From: Octopus vulgaris
Lineage: Eukaryota
DNA: 64,000 bases
Reading direction: 5' to 3'
NCBI GenBank assembly: GCA_951406725.2
Contig: OX597821.1
Span: forward strand, 39,556,001-39,620,000
This document shows positions 12,653 through 26,720 of this stretch, in pieces. Each line of letters begins with the position of its first letter. Within the stretch, counting starts at the first letter, position 1. The notes under the pieces are model-generated. The model saw only the letters and a list, made by a program, of their open reading frames with translations. It was not told the DNA's origin and did not search any database. Position numbers and translations under genes: made by a program.

Positions 12653-14724
12653 TACATACATAAAACAAAACATACAAATCTCCACATATGCATACATACA
12701 TACATACATACAAACAAAAATACCATGTTGTTGATGTTGAAATTTCAATGAAGGAGCTTTGAATCTAGGTTAGAAACTGGCTCTCTATTGGCAAGAAATC
12801 TTGAAATAAAACTGAATAATGACATACATACATACATACAGATTGAAACTTGCTTACCAGTTTTCAATCAAACCATCCAACCCTTGCCAACATGGAAAAC
12901 AAAAGTTAAATGATGATGATGGTGTGTGCATGTGTGTGTGTGCATGCGATGGCGTGTGTGTGCATGTGACGGCATGTGAGTGACATACATATAGAGATAC
13001 AGACACACATCAGTAAGAAAGATACAAATTTATGAGTGAAGCATATTGTTAATAGAGTTGGTTATGTCAGCTACCTGGTACTTACCTTTTTCCTCCACAA
13101 ACAGATAAAATACAACGTAATGCCAGGAATATTTGAAATGAGAATGCAGTGAAGACTATTTTGTCTGGCTCTCTATCATTTCTCTCATCCTACATTCACA
13201 CAATGAACTGCAAAATAATATGCCCGGTGCATCATGTTATCTGCAGTGATTAAATTGTAGAGTAATTAAACAAGAAGAAAATTATGAAAAGAGAGTTGAA
13301 ATTTTTTCGGTATAAAGAAAATTTATTTCTGAAATGTAAAATTGAAGTTGAATCTTGTGAACTTTAATTGAAATAGATGTCAGTTTTGATGTCATGGATA
13401 CATGGAGTATTTAAGAGAATTATTAAATTTTTTGATTGAATACACTCTGAGCTTTCTTCTGTTTTGTAATTAGGTAGGAGGAGGTGGAGAAGACATTTTC
13501 TTTTGGATGGGAGAAGAGTCTGTCACATGTCACTTCTCAAAGAGAAGAAAAAGACAGTAATAGTGAAAAAACACAAAAAGTCAGTGAAGTAAAAATTCCA
13601 AGTACCAAAATCCTGCCACTGTCTCTCTTATAATCCAATGTCTATCAGTTAATCTGCTACTGACTTCACAATTGAAACAATGCCATTTCAAAATTTTGTG
13701 CTTAGATAGAGGAAGTGCTATCATTTATAAAAATGTCTTAATCATATAACTAAATTTCAAATGTTATCCCAGCCTTGTTGTAAAAAAAGGCATGTTGGCT
13801 TTGAAAGTTCCATAAAAGAAAATATGACAAAAGACTGACAATTTGAATTTTGACATAAATAATAGAGAACACCAAGAATTTGTCTGATTAACGCTGAATA
13901 CAAGAATTCTAAATAAAGGTTCATTAAAAAAATATATGTATAATGAATATAATCTGATGCAGCTTGTTGTTGTTGGTATGAAAAATGTAGAAAATTTTAA
14001 TTGCTTTATTTACAACTCCCCAAAATAGGTATTCAAGCATAAGTCTTCATTAGAAAGATGAAGTTCAGAGAAGAGGAAAAAGAGGAAGGAACAGATAGTC
14101 TAGAGAAAAGCACATGTTATGTATTTTGATAAGTTTGTTATTTATGATCATGTATGTGTCATTGTCTTTTGTGTGTGTGTGTGTGTGTTTAAATTGAATG
14201 TTACATTTTGCCTTGGTAGTTTTGTCTCATGGCAGCTGGAATCTCTGGTATTCAACAATGCAAAAACCACTTAAATAACACTACCAACATATTCCAAACT
14301 CTTTTAATGGCAGTTATTAAACACATTTAGCTGACCAACCATATTTTGAAGATTCTCGTTTTCTAAAGTAGCAATTGACATAGAATATTTCACAGTTTCT
14401 ACAGACAGAATAGTCATAAACCCAATCCAGCTTTTTATTAAAGTTTTTGTACTTATACAAAATGTAGTATTTGCTTTTAATTCTCTATTTTAATTGTCAG
14501 TTTTGATTGAGAGAGTGGAGATTAAAATCCGTATAAAATGACCACCTGTCACATGGGCAAACACAGACGTAACAGGGTCATTTGCAAAGGTTTTCCTTCA
14601 AAGTAAACATAGAAAAGGAAAGGCTATAAAAGGAAAATACATTTTTTGTGAATTTATTTTTGCTACTTTTAGAATGTGACTCAGTGATGAGTTCATAAGT
14701 TTGCATGGCTTTGAATAGAATCTT

Positions 14725-14778
<54 letters not shown>

Positions 14779-15279
14779 TAGATAGATAGATGTGTGTGTA
14801 TACATATATGAAAACAAACACATACGTATATGAATGCATACACACACACACACACATATATATGCAAACATACACAATGTAAATTGTATGTATATATAAT
14901 GATCTGACTTTTCAATAAGAGATTCTTTGGATTTCATTAAGCGGATTGTAGCAGAATGAATATACTTAAAAACTATTAAAAAGAGCTGAACATTTAAATG
15001 TTAAAAGGTTTTTCAAAAATACATCTCTGGCATATTTTGACCCAGACTGATCGTTTGATGTAGGAATCAGTTCAAAGATGTGAGTCAACAATAAAACACA
15101 CAAACAATGTTAATGAGTGTCTGTATGGTCGGTTTTTCCATTGAGAAAGAGTTCAATGGAGAAAACTAAAGGTCAATGGAAGATTATCATATTGAAGGCA
15201 AGTGTTAGGGTTGTCAAACAGCCTGAAGACAAGATGATTCTATATATTTGCACAGCTGATGACACACAAATGAGGAATG

Positions 15280-15510
15280 CAACATATATACATACATACA
15301 AACACACATACATACACACACACATATATATACAAGCACACATACGTACACACACATACACATACATACAAACACACATACACATATATACAAACACACA
15401 CACACACATATACAAACACACACACACACATATACAAACACACACACATATATACAAACACATACACACACACACATTTATATATATACATATATATATA
15501 TACACACATA
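15280..15510. repeat. (CA)/(TACA)-rich compound microsatellite
   Basis: Directly visible. Confidence 0.95.
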
Positions 15511-15642
15511 TAGTAATATTTGTTGTGTCTACATACAAAGAATCATACATACAGGTATACATATGTAAATATATGACTGTGTGTGTGTGTGTGTGTGTAT
15601 TTCTTTTGGTTTTTTCCCTTTCTCTCTAACATACACACACAC

Positions 15643-15680
<38 letters not shown>

Positions 15681-15686
<6 letters not shown>

Positions 15687-15955
15687 TTAATAAGGGTGAG
15701 AGAATTAGATACTAATTTAATAGTATATTTATTCAACACCAAGTGGCCTAGTGCTTCGAGAAACCTGGATTATTATAATATTTTATAACATATTATAATA
15801 TTTTTACAAAATAAATATAAGAGAGTGGTCACTATATTGCTCACTCTAGCACCAGTTAATCCAAAAGGTTTCAACCACGAAAATATTTTCGTGGTTGAAA
15901 CCTTTTGGATTAACTGGTGCTAGAGTGAGCAATATAGTGACCACTCTCTTATATT

Positions 15956-15958
<3 letters not shown>
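15681..15958. mobile_element. Penelope-like terminal-repeat fragment in (TA)n, ending in a perfect 148-bp palindrome (15811-15958)
   Basis: Flanked by (TA)n on both sides. Spacer-less palindrome centred on cgaaaat|attttcg. The aagggtga...acaccaagt motif is shared with the 596-bp unit at 46236. Confidence 0.6.
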
Positions 15959-15994
<36 letters not shown>

Positions 15995-16130
15995 TGAATG
16001 GTGTATATCAGTGTTGCTGAAAACAGATATATATGGTCAGATATACATTTCTGTGTACAGATGTGAGTGGATATGAGTGTGTGTGTATTTCTTTTGGTTT
16101 TTTCCCTTTCTCTCTAACATACACACACAC

Positions 16131-16186
<56 letters not shown>

Positions 16187-16685
16187 ACATATATGTAATA
16201 GTAGTCCTTTCTACAATAGATACAAGGCCTGAAATTATGGGCAAAGATGCTAGTCTGAAAATATATACACACACATAATGTTGGTTAATGGTGTACTTCA
16301 TGAAATATATTAAAATTTTGTGGTAAAAAAATCAGTAGTTAAATTGAAATCACAGAGCAGGGAGAACAGGTAAAGCACTAACTTACAATATGGTAATATC
16401 AGTGCTGTGAGGAAATATATAAACATTTGCCTGCAGGTAAAACCAATTGACACTGCTGAGAATAAATCTCTTTGATTGGGTGGATTGTCTATTGTTATAG
16501 TTTATCATTTGACAGTTAAAATGTTTGATTGAAGCTACTTTGTTGACTTCTCTATCTTTATTTTAGCTTCAACTCCTTTCCATTTATTTATTATTTGAAA
16601 CCAAATTCAGTTCTATGAAATTGTGTTAGGCTGTAATTTCATAATGAACTCTTCTGCTTTCATAAGATTTACATCAGAATTATTC

Positions 16686-16688
<3 letters not shown>

Positions 16689-16762
<74 letters not shown>

Positions 16763-16861
16763 CAGACATAGATAGAGAGATAGATAGATAGATAGATAGA
16801 GATAGATAGAGATAGATAGATAGAGATATAGAGATAGATAGATAGAGATATAGAGATAGAG

Positions 16862-16896
<35 letters not shown>

Positions 16897-16972
16897 GATA
16901 GATAGAGATAGATAGATAGATAGAGATAGATAGATAGATAGAAATAGATAGATAGATAGATATAGATAGATA
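16689..16972. repeat. (TA)n(GA)n(GATA)n microsatellite
   Basis: Directly visible. Confidence 0.95.
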
Positions 16973-17572
16973 AAACTTACTTCGAAGAGGATGAGTGGCA
17001 TTCAATCATATAATAATATAAATAATATATACATGCATATGTACATACTTACATCTATACATTTATATATATATGCATATGTGGGCACAGGACGTCATGA
17101 AACGTGTACAACAAAAGAGTACAAACACGAATACATGAAACATGAACTATTCTTTCGAATAATGAAAGACCCAAATGGAAAACAAAACAAACATAAAATA
17201 CGGCCCTTCATCAGTTGTTGGCTGTTTCTCTAGTCTTGTATTTCGAGCATTTAACAACAAATATACACTTTCGATAAAACAGTTGCTCCTGCAAAGCAAA
17301 TTAAATCAAATTTGGGGTTTTATAGAGGATCAAAATAAGTAACACACGATAAAAATCCCATTACTTTTAAATGGAATCTGGACATAGAAGCCACCTATAC
17401 CTGGATACAACTCAATAAGAACTTCCTACTCAAATGGGCCATTATGGCACAAAATTTGACTTAAAAAGGATTTTGTAAATCCTATCAGGTGGTGCTATTA
17501 AGTTAATATGGCCTAGGGCAATCTTTTTTAGAAACATATCTAAGTCATATATATATATATATATTTATATAA

Positions 17573-17988
17573 GGTGCAGGAGTGGCTGTGTGGTAAGTAG
17601 CTTGTTTACCAGCCACATGGTTCTGGGTTCAGTCCCACTGCATGGCACCTTGGTCAAGTGTCTTCTACTATAGCCTTGTGAGTGGATTTGGTAAACGGAA
17701 ACTGAAAGAAGCCTGTCGTATATATGTACGTGTATATATATATATGTGTGTGTGCGTGTGTTTGTCCCCCCATGTATATGTATATATGTGTGTGTGTCTT
17801 TGTCCCCCCCCCAACATCGCTTGACAACCAATGCTGGTGCATTTATGTCCACGTAACTTAGTGGTTCGGCAAAAGATACTGATAGAATAAGTACTAGGCT
17901 TACAAAGAATAAGTCCTGGGGTCGATTTGCTCAACTAAAAGCAGTGCTCCAGCATGGCTGCAGTCAAATGACCAAAACAAGTAAAAGA
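17573..17988 (+). mobile_element. Near full-length tRNA-derived SINE family A
   Basis: Head ggtgcaggagtggctgtgtggtaag...gggttcagtccc (A/B boxes), internal TA/TG microsatellite and gatagaataagtac core. Other copies at 22904-23232, 32712-33077, 50157-50325, 23650-23815(-), 48865-49022(-) and 62134-62281(-). Confidence 0.85.
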
Positions 17989-18299
17989 ATATATATATAT
18001 GGAAAGCAGATGCTAAATGACATATATATATGTATATATATATGTGGCATTAGGAAGGGCATCAGGGTATCCAGCCATAGAAACCAAGCCATAGACAGAC
18101 TATGGGACCTGGTGTGGAGCCAGGCCTTACCAGTTCCTGTCAAGCCATCCTACCCATGCCAGCATAGGAAACTGACATTAAATGATGATATATAAATGGC
18201 CCGTGATGGAAAAGGTGTTCAAAGGAAGCATCCATGTCAATTGGGACGTAATGATAACTTTTGGTGGTAATGCTACTTCCTTTGCCAACAGCTTATTTT

Positions 18300-18465
18300 T
18301 ATGAAAACCTGAAGTCTTTAGGGAAGCAACTAGGATTAGGACACTGTTGGACCTTCATTGCTGGACAATGACTACAAGCATACCTCACTTTTTATCCAAA
18401 ATTCGGTTGAAAGATGTCCCATGGCCAGGTCAAAGTCCTGACTTAAACCAGATAGAAAATTATAT
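18300..18465 (+). pseudogene. Tc1-type (DD34E) transposase catalytic fragment
   Basis: Translates LGLGHCWTF..DNDYKHTS...WPGQSPDLNQIEN. Confidence 0.75.
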
Positions 18466-18669
18466 CTAATTTGAAGCTGCTGGAAAAATATAAGGTGTTC
18501 AGAAAGTCTCTTCACAGTAAGTAGTTAATTGCAAAATAAATATTTATAAGATGGTATAAGACTACAAAAGACGATATCAGACTTTGCAAGACATTATAAA
18601 ACTTTATAAGAGAGGTTGAAAGTGTCGTCCTCCATTTTCAATACGTAAGTTGACTCTTCTTCACATGTT

Positions 18670-21410
18670 TTGAAATACATCTTGGAGAGTAAGGATGAAA
18701 AAAGGTAGGTTGGTTGTCCTGGATGTGACCCACATGAGTAAGCAGTCCTTCAGGTTGGTAACTGTCTACGCTCCTAATGAGCGTGGGCAGTTGGGTTTTT
18801 TTTTAAACCTGGAGCACTTTCTAGTGACGTCAAAAATGGTAGTTCTGATAGGGGATTTTAACACTATCCTCAATGTGCGGGTCGATAGTGTTGGCTCAAC
18901 CAACAGGAAAGGGAATCCTAACCTCAAGAGTCTACTAGACAGTTATAATCTATTAGACCATTACCGACTGGATGAGCCGAGCGTTCCACAGTGGACGTGA
19001 AGTAATAACGATGGTTCACGCAGATCGTACTTAGGGTATTCGTTACGGAAAGAGATAAGAATACTTTTAGTCATCCAGACTTTTGTATTGTGCTTTACCT
19101 GGATCACAAACTTGTGACGTGTGAAGTACATGTAGATAAATGTCATAGACAGGAACCCGGGTACTGGAAGATGAACAAGTCTATTTTGACGTGTGAAGCC
19201 TTTCGTACCTGGATTAAGGTGTTAGTACAGAGGGCATTATGTGGCACCATCATTAATAATAGATGGTGGCTCGCCCTCAAAAGAGCCATCCGTTTGGTGT
19301 CCATTAGATTTAGCAAGCAGCTAAGTTTAGATAGGCCTAGAATAAAGGGCAATTGAGTTAAGAACTTAGACGAGGTGATGGAATCTGGCTCTGCATCTAG
19401 AGTGCAGGTGGTGAGAACAGTCATGTACCATCACCTCAACTCCAAGCACAAAGGTTGCAGAGTTAGAGCTAAGCTATGTGCAGGGAAACGAGAAGGTATT
19501 AATGTTGCCGGATGGGCACGTGTGGAGAGTTAGAGAGGTAAAAAGGCCTCTATAAAGTCTTTAACTAATGAACAGGGGCACAAGATCTATGGACAGGAGA
19601 TGCAGAATGTCTTTCACCAGCATTTCACCCAGTTGTTTGGGGAGGGGGAGTTGCTTGAGCATGGGGAGGCCTTAAAGGACTTCCTAGCTGGTGGGCCGTG
19701 ACTCTCGGCATGTGAGGCGCAGTGCTGTGAAGGTAAGAAACGTGTTGGCTGAGTGCACCAGGGAAAAGTCGCCGGGGCTGGACGGTCTGCCCCATGAGTT
19801 TTATCATTGTATGCCGGACTTGTTTGGAGATATACTAGCAACAGAATAGAAGGATTCCCAGTTTTGTGAGCCGGGGAGTGGTGACACTGGTCCAAAAAGA
19901 CCCGAGCAAGGGGGATAGTATTAGCAATTACAGGCCCATAACTCTACTTAATGTAGAGTTAAGGATTTTGGCCAAGGTGTTAGCGAAAAGGTTGACGGCT
20001 GTTGTGGAGAAACTTGTAGGGAAAGCACAGACATGTGCAATCTCAGGCAGGTTGATTAAGGACAATCTTCATCTTATCCGCTACACCTTAGTCAGGGTTG
20101 GTAAATTATCTGGCAAATGGTCCATTTAGACCAAAGTAAAGTATTTGATAGGGTAGACCATCATCAGTACCTGGAGGTGGTCCTCAAAGCAGCTGGGCCC
20201 TGGCTTTCGTGGGTGGATCTCCAGTATGTACAGCGGCATCAAGTTCACAGTCCAGATAAACAGTTACCTGACAGAGCCGTTTTCGATCAAGTGCTCAGTT
20301 TGTCAAGGGTGTCCCTTGTCTCCGCTTCTGTACATGTTGGCTCTTGAGCCATTGCTGCGGAAGTTGAAGTTGGGAGGCAACCGTAATGAAATTGGATGCG
20401 GTAAGTCTGTTTCTGCTTATGCGGATGACGTCACCTTCACCGCATCCAATGAAGCACAATGTCAAATAAAGTAGAGGCCATAGTACGGGAGTGGTCCGGA
20501 AGGGCAGAGGTGGTACAGGTGTTTATGGCATCTGTAATCACTTACTGCCTGACCGCTGACCCTTGCCCCGATTCGTGGTTAAACAAGTTGGAACAACTTC
20601 TTTTCTGCTTTTTGTGGAAGGGAGGAAAGCCACTTGTAAGATGCTCCATTTGCTGCCAGAAACCGTTAAAGGGTGGGTTGGGAATGCTTTGGCTAATGAT
20701 GCGCAGACATGCGTTGAAGCTGAGACGTCTCAGGCGCCACCTGGAGGGTGATAAGGTGTGGAGTCCACTGGCAGAGGAATTCTTCCTGCGACCAGCCTCT
20801 AACCCAGTTTCATAAAAAGACAGAATCTGACTTTATGGCATAAGGCTGATCCACAAGACAGGCAAGGCCGGCAGTGGGAATACCACACTGGTGTTCTATA
20901 GAGGGCTGGTAGAGATAAAAAATGATGACATCCTAAGATGTGGGCTGGACGATGAAACCATTCAGCATGCTTTTGTACAATGTCGGGAGCTGTCAAGCTC
21001 AATAAGTTACGTAGAACATGTGTTGTCATATCTGTGACAAGTACAGCTGTTGGCTGGATCTATAATAAAGATGATACCGCTAACTGGACTCTCAAAAGAA
21101 GGTGAGGATTGTGTTTTACTGTACGGTGGCAGTATTGAAAGAGTGTGTATGGAGAACTAGAATGGAAGGTTTTGAGACAGGGTCCTTCGTCTCTGGCCTG
21201 GGTTTGTTGACTTACTTCAGATACCATCTGAAAAGCAAGATGGGGTTGGAAAGGAGGACCCTGCCACTGAGAGAGTATGAGGAAAGTTGGAAGGATGTGA
21301 TGAGAAAGGTGAGTGTCAGTAACCCAGCTTAATCATCGATGAAAGGAAAAAGTTAGTTTCTGGGCCTTACAGGCTGCCGGGTATGAAGTTTGAACTTGCT
21401 TCTTTTATTT
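18670..21410 (+). mobile_element. 5'-truncated, decayed L1/Tx1-clade LINE ORF2 (APE endonuclease, RT, C-terminal Cys/His)
   Basis: Motifs in order across broken ORFs: VYAPN, IGDFN, LDH, GYWKMN, KSPGLDGLP, RPITLLN, LDQSKVFDRVDH, QGCPLSPLLY, AYADD, KGGLG, ETIQH. Confidence 0.92.
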
Positions 21411-22141
21411 TTTTAAAAGTATATTTTAAAAGTCAAGTTAATCATATATATTAAAATTTTTAAACATCCATTCGAACTCATCTGAACATTTTTGTAATTG
21501 TTTTGTCCTGTAATGTCCCATCTGTGTACTGATTGTAATAATCAAAAAGAATTCACCTCCAGCCAAACAATTATTCTGTGAAATAACCTGGAAATCGTGA
21601 GACACAGATGTTGTTTTGAGCTGAGCAGGGATGCTAGATTCCCTTGTTTGAAAATATAAGGACACAGATAATGCTATATAGCCAGCTGGAAATGATGCCT
21701 CCTGGGGCTAAATTACAGCAACATTCATCCTAAACCAGGACTGCCGTATTATGTTGGCAAACAATCTTTACTCTGAAGGCTGGATGTTGGGTATAATGGA
21801 TGGGGAAGGTAGATAGGTGAAGAAGAGAGTGGTGGAGAGTGGCACAATAATAATAGTGATAATAATGGTGATACAGTTTGCAAGATAGTTACTCATTTAA
21901 CATCCACTCTTCCTTACCTGCCTGGCTCAAATAGAATTTTTCAAATGCCATTTCGGTTGCCAACCCTTACCTCTTTGTAAAGACGGTAATATTTCTCCAT
22001 AACCTGACATGTTTCACATGGAAATCTTGAAATGAACACTCCCACTTGTTTAACAGTGATGCTCGTTTACAACCATAACATAATGTCTACACAAGGAAAC
22101 ATACAAGCACTCTCACATGCATACATATACATAAATGTATG

Positions 22142-22182
<41 letters not shown>

Positions 22183-22184
<2 letters not shown>

Positions 22185-22482
22185 AGGCACAGTGGCCCAG
22201 TGGTTAGGGCATCGGACTCGCAGTCGGAGAATCGCGGTTTCAATTCCCAGACCAGGTGTTGTGTGTGTTTATTGAACGAAATCATCTAAAGCTGCAGGAG
22301 GCTCCGGCAGGGGGTGGTGACGACACCTGTTATACTCTTTGACCCCCAACTTTCTCTCTCACTCTCTTCCTGTTTCTTGAGTAATGCTGCAATGGACTGG
22401 CATCCCGTCCAGCAGGGGGGAACACATACACCACAGAAACCGGGCTCATGAGCCTGGCTAGGCTTCAAATAGGGCGCATAAA
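22183..22482 (+). mobile_element. tRNA-derived SINE family E inserted in (TA)n
   Basis: tRNA-like head ggaggcacagtggcccagtggttagggcatcggactcgcagtc...gtttcaattcc. An inverted partial copy lies at 28830-28937. Confidence 0.8.
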
Positions 22483-22504
22483 ATATATATATATATATAT
22501 ACAC

Positions 22505-22794
22505 AACTTATAAATAAGGGCAAATGAAAAAATTTCTAATGCCAAATATGCCGAAAAATTGGACATATTGTCCATTTACCATATAATTTTTTTCCCAGTA
22601 CACACGCTACTCGAAAAAAGGCTGACAGAAATCTCTAAAAAATTCCATTATTGGTATGTTTTAGAGATTTCTGTCGGACTTTTTTCAAGTAGCATGCGTA
22701 GTGGGAAAAAAATTATATGGTAAGTGGACAATATGTCCAATTTTTCGGCATATTTGGCATTAGAAATTTTTTCGTTTGCCCTTATTTATAAGTT
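22505..22794. repeat. Inverted repeat with 136-bp arms (22505-22640 / 22659-22794) inside (TA)n
   Basis: aacttataaataagggcaaa...atctctaaaa / ttttagagat...tttgcccttatttataagtt, with few mismatches. Confidence 0.9.
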
Positions 22795-22903
22795 TTATAA
22801 TTTAACCTTTAAAGGTATTTTTTAATATGCTGGCCATTGATAAAATTTTTTTCGAAAAAATTTTATCCTACATTAGATATATATATATATATACACACAT
22901 ATA

Positions 22904-23229
22904 GGCGCAGGAATGGCTGTGTGGTAAGTAGCTTGCTAACCAACCACATGGTTCAGGGTTCAGTCCCACTGCGTGGCATCTTGGGCAAGTGTCTTCTGCT
23001 ATAGGCCGACTAATGCCTTGTGAGTGGATTTGGTAGAGAGAAACTGAAAGAAGCCTGTCGTATATATGTATGTGTGTTTGTGTGTCTGTGTTTGTCCCCC
23101 TAGCATTGCTTGACAACCAATACTGGTGTGTTTACGTCCCCGTCACTTAGCAGTTCGGCAAAAAGAGACCGATAGAATAAGTACTGGGCTTACAAAGAAT
23201 AAGTCCCGGAGTCGATTTGCTCGACTAAA

Positions 23230-23232
<3 letters not shown>
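22904..23232 (+). mobile_element. SINE family A copy
   Basis: Aligns to 17573-17988. Confidence 0.85.
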
Positions 23233-23279
<47 letters not shown>

Positions 23280-23502
23280 TATATACACATATATATATAC
23301 ACATATATATATATATATATACACATATATATACACATATATATATATATACACATATATATATATATACATATATATATATACATATACACATATATAT
23401 ATATACATATACAAATATATATATATACATATACACATATATATATATACATATACACATATATATATATACATATACACATATATATACATATACATAC
23501 AT

Positions 23503-23602
23503 NNNNNNNNNNNNNNNNNNNNNNNNNNNNNNNNNNNNNNNNNNNNNNNNNNNNNNNNNNNNNNNNNNNNNNNNNNNNNNNNNNNNNNNNNNNNNNNNNN
23601 NN
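23503..23602. other. Assembly gap (100 N) within a microsatellite
   Basis: Run of N flanked by (TA/CA)n and (TG)n. Confidence 1.
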
Positions 23603-24861
23603 TGTGTGTGTGTGAGTGTGTGTGTGAGTGTGTGTGTATTTTCATACATACACATATGATGGGCTTCTTCCAGTTTCTTCAATGAAGACTATTCACAAGG
23701 CTTTGGTTGCCCTGGGACTATACATGTCAGTAGACACTTGCCCAACATGCCATGAAACTGAACCCAAAACCACAAGATTGGGAAGCAAACTGCTTTACAA
23801 CATATCTGCATCTATACCCACACACACATATATATATACATTCATATACATATGCACACACATGTGCACATATAGGCATACAGAATTTTAAAACTAAGTA
23901 GTGTGTATATGTAATGACAAAACCAAAAACACAAACATACTGTCAGTTGTACCACATTTTTATAATTATCTGAATTTCTGCTTAAGAACAGAAGCCACCC
24001 AAGAGCCAGTCTAATCAACAATTGAAGGTGAATAACTGTACACTTGTACACACTCACACACGCACATTACATTCTGTATACAATCATGAAGTGTTAACTA
24101 CTGCAGTAATTTAACTACAACATCAAACATAATTTACTCATTATTTCATCAATTAGAAGCTAATAAAATTAGATAACTATTACGTTTAGTTGTGTAGAAA
24201 TAATTAATTTTGTACATTTATTTCCTTCTCAATAATTTGCTGAAGACTACATTAGACTCAAAGCCATTTCTGCATTTTTTTTTTTTTCTATTTCACTTTC
24301 CTGCGAGGTTTTTACATATTAACAGATTGTATTAGTGCTATTCAATTTTCATTAATACCTGAGGAAATCTTGATTGTGTAAACTCTTCTACAATTTCATT
24401 TTTTATCTTTTTTTTTTCAGTCTTAGAACTGTGTCCGAAAGAATTGCAATTATCACAAATATTGCCATGTTATAATTCTATAATTTTGTAGATTGTTGTT
24501 CAGTTTTTCATTGCTGGTTTAATTCTATCAAAATGTTTCCAGAAGAGTTTAATTTAAAAACAATAGTCATTAACATATTGAAATAACAATATTCATAGCA
24601 GTTTCCAAACTGCCAAACCTTCAACTATTTTGGGCTCTCTCACTCTTATTTTTCTCCTCTAATCCAAGATGACATCAGAAGAAAAAGCCAATTAATTATT
24701 TATAAATATTTACTATTGAAATCAATGAATGGATTTCTAATTGATTTTCAATGCATTTTAATTGTTGCAAAAACTGTCTCACTGAAATTTTGAAGTCCGA
24801 AATTTGAGGCACCATTTGATGAAAACAAGGCTGCCAATGCTTTACCAACAAGTTTGCTTAA

Positions 24862-25081
24862 CTCTTTTGTGACCAACCCAGCTGAAACCGGCCCTGGATC
24901 TGAGTACAAATGTCTTGTTTTCATAAGTTTTGAATTAAAATCTCCCACCAAACCTTAGTCACAATTTATGTTCCTAACAGTAGCTAAATGATAAATAAGT
25001 TATTTTACTAAATTCTTTGTTATATTTAAAGTAATTGAAAGAAACACAGAGCCTCTCAAAATAAATACAGTAACGAAAGGG
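24862..25081. mobile_element. piggyBac-type MITE (220 bp) with TTAA TSD
   Basis: ttaa|ctcttttgtgac ... gtaacgaaaggg|ttaa. Confidence 0.85.
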
Positions 25082-26510
25082 TTAATCAAAAGTTAGTTAC
25101 TCCCAGAAAGTATCAAGCTACCAGCAGTGAAACAGGTCCCAAGCATCTATTTACTTGTTCAGAATTACAAGAGAAAGGAAAAGAATGAAATCTTAATGAG
25201 AAACTCTGTTCTAAAAACAATTGAGACAAGATTTAGAGAACGATTATAGTAATTAGAAGGAAGATTATTTCACAAGACAGATGTCTGAGCAAATAAATAA
25301 CTGGAGCAGAAATTTTTCTTACAGGAGGAGGAGGAGGAGGAGGAGAGAACAACAAGGATGAGAATTAAAAGAGAGGTGAGTAACTTGATTAGTAAGCTTA
25401 AGGGAAGAAAATTTGGCAGAAGAGGAAAATATGGGAGTATTTTTAGAGATAGAGAGGAAGAAACAATGTGCTGATGATGAGAGAAAAGGTTGTATTTCAG
25501 CTGGTGAAATAGAATTAATATTGTTAGAAAGTCACTTTTTAACTCAAACAAAGAAAGAAATAAGCCCAGCAGAAATGCCATCTTAAATATAACAACGGTT
25601 TTCCATACAAAGGGGAATAACAGATTTTGATATGTCTGAAAAATGCATTTGGAGGGGAACAATAATGAAAATTAAATTTCATTGTTAATGATTTAGCAAC
25701 AGACCTACTACTATAACCATCCAAAGTAAGATCTTTGCAAAGTGAACGTGTATCTATTTACTGATGTAGAAAGGCATCAGAGTTAACTCAAAAACATTGT
25801 TGTTATTAAAAATTAACCTGTTCTATCATCATTTAATAATCAACATTTTCTGTGTTTCCAGGTAACTACCACAGGAGATGTAATTGATCTGCTAATATTC
25901 TGGGTTTGTGACTAAGATTTCATTACCAATTACTATCAGCAATGTGACCAATGTTACATTTCTGATAGCATTCAGAAAGACAAGAATATTGTACTCTTTT
26001 ATTTCAACTGACCATATATGATGGATTTTATCTTAGAATCTTAATCCTTTCAAGGAACTTTAGAGTGATCGTAGCCAATACTTCATTTCCATTTTCTGTG
26101 GCATTAAGCATAAGACAGATGAATTTCTCCCTCTCGCAATAAGTTACAACCCTATTGCATGTGTCTTTGCTTTGAACTGATTACAGTAATCAAAGGCAGC
26201 AAGAATCATTAATTTTAATGTTGTTACTTCGAGTAGTTCATTATATCAGCTTATGGTACCTTCATATGGCTTGAAGAACTGGATTATCCAAAGCTATTTT
26301 GCAATAGCGACAAGATACAAATTGCCTCCTCAGCTACGGTCATCTGATCTAAGCTATTTATCGCTACGTGATAAAACAATATCAGGGGTGCTTATCTTAC
26401 TGAAATTAGGCAAAAATAATAGCTATAATGAGACCTAACATCTATTCTTAATATTTCATAGTTACAGATCTTTGACATTTCAAAAGACCTGCCATAATTA
26501 GAAGAGCAAC

Positions 26511-26720
26511 TAAGGTGGTGAACTGGCCGAATCTTTAGCACGCTAGGCAGAATGCTTAGTGACATCTGCATGTTGTGAGTTCAAATGCCACCAAGGTCGA
26601 CATTGCCTTTCATCCTTTTGGGGTCGATAATATAGGAACCAGTTGATCACCAGGATTGATGTAATCGACTTAACCCCTTTCCTTGAGATTGCTGGCCTTG
26701 TGTCAAAATGTGAAACCATT
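26511..26720 (+). mobile_element. SINE family D (Nin-domain-like core)
   Basis: Core gagttcaaat...ggtcgac.ttgcctttcatcctttt.gggtcgataa..taggaaccag. Other copies at 32245-32650, 44085-44180(-), 55135-55310(-), 55330-55475(-) and 56305-56520. Confidence 0.8.

Noticed and set aside
12720-12825. Small insertion in (CATA)n with caatgaagg...gaaac, hammerhead-like
   Set aside because: The core lacks CTGA and the stems are unconvincing.
17085-17260. Minus-strand CTGATGA near 17207-17213 as a hammerhead
   Set aside because: No correctly placed GAAA/NUH with stem I pairing could be assembled. Probably a decayed repeat.
22183-22255. tRNA gene
   Set aside because: The tRNA-like head continues into a SINE body with another copy in the window, and the cloverleaf is incomplete.
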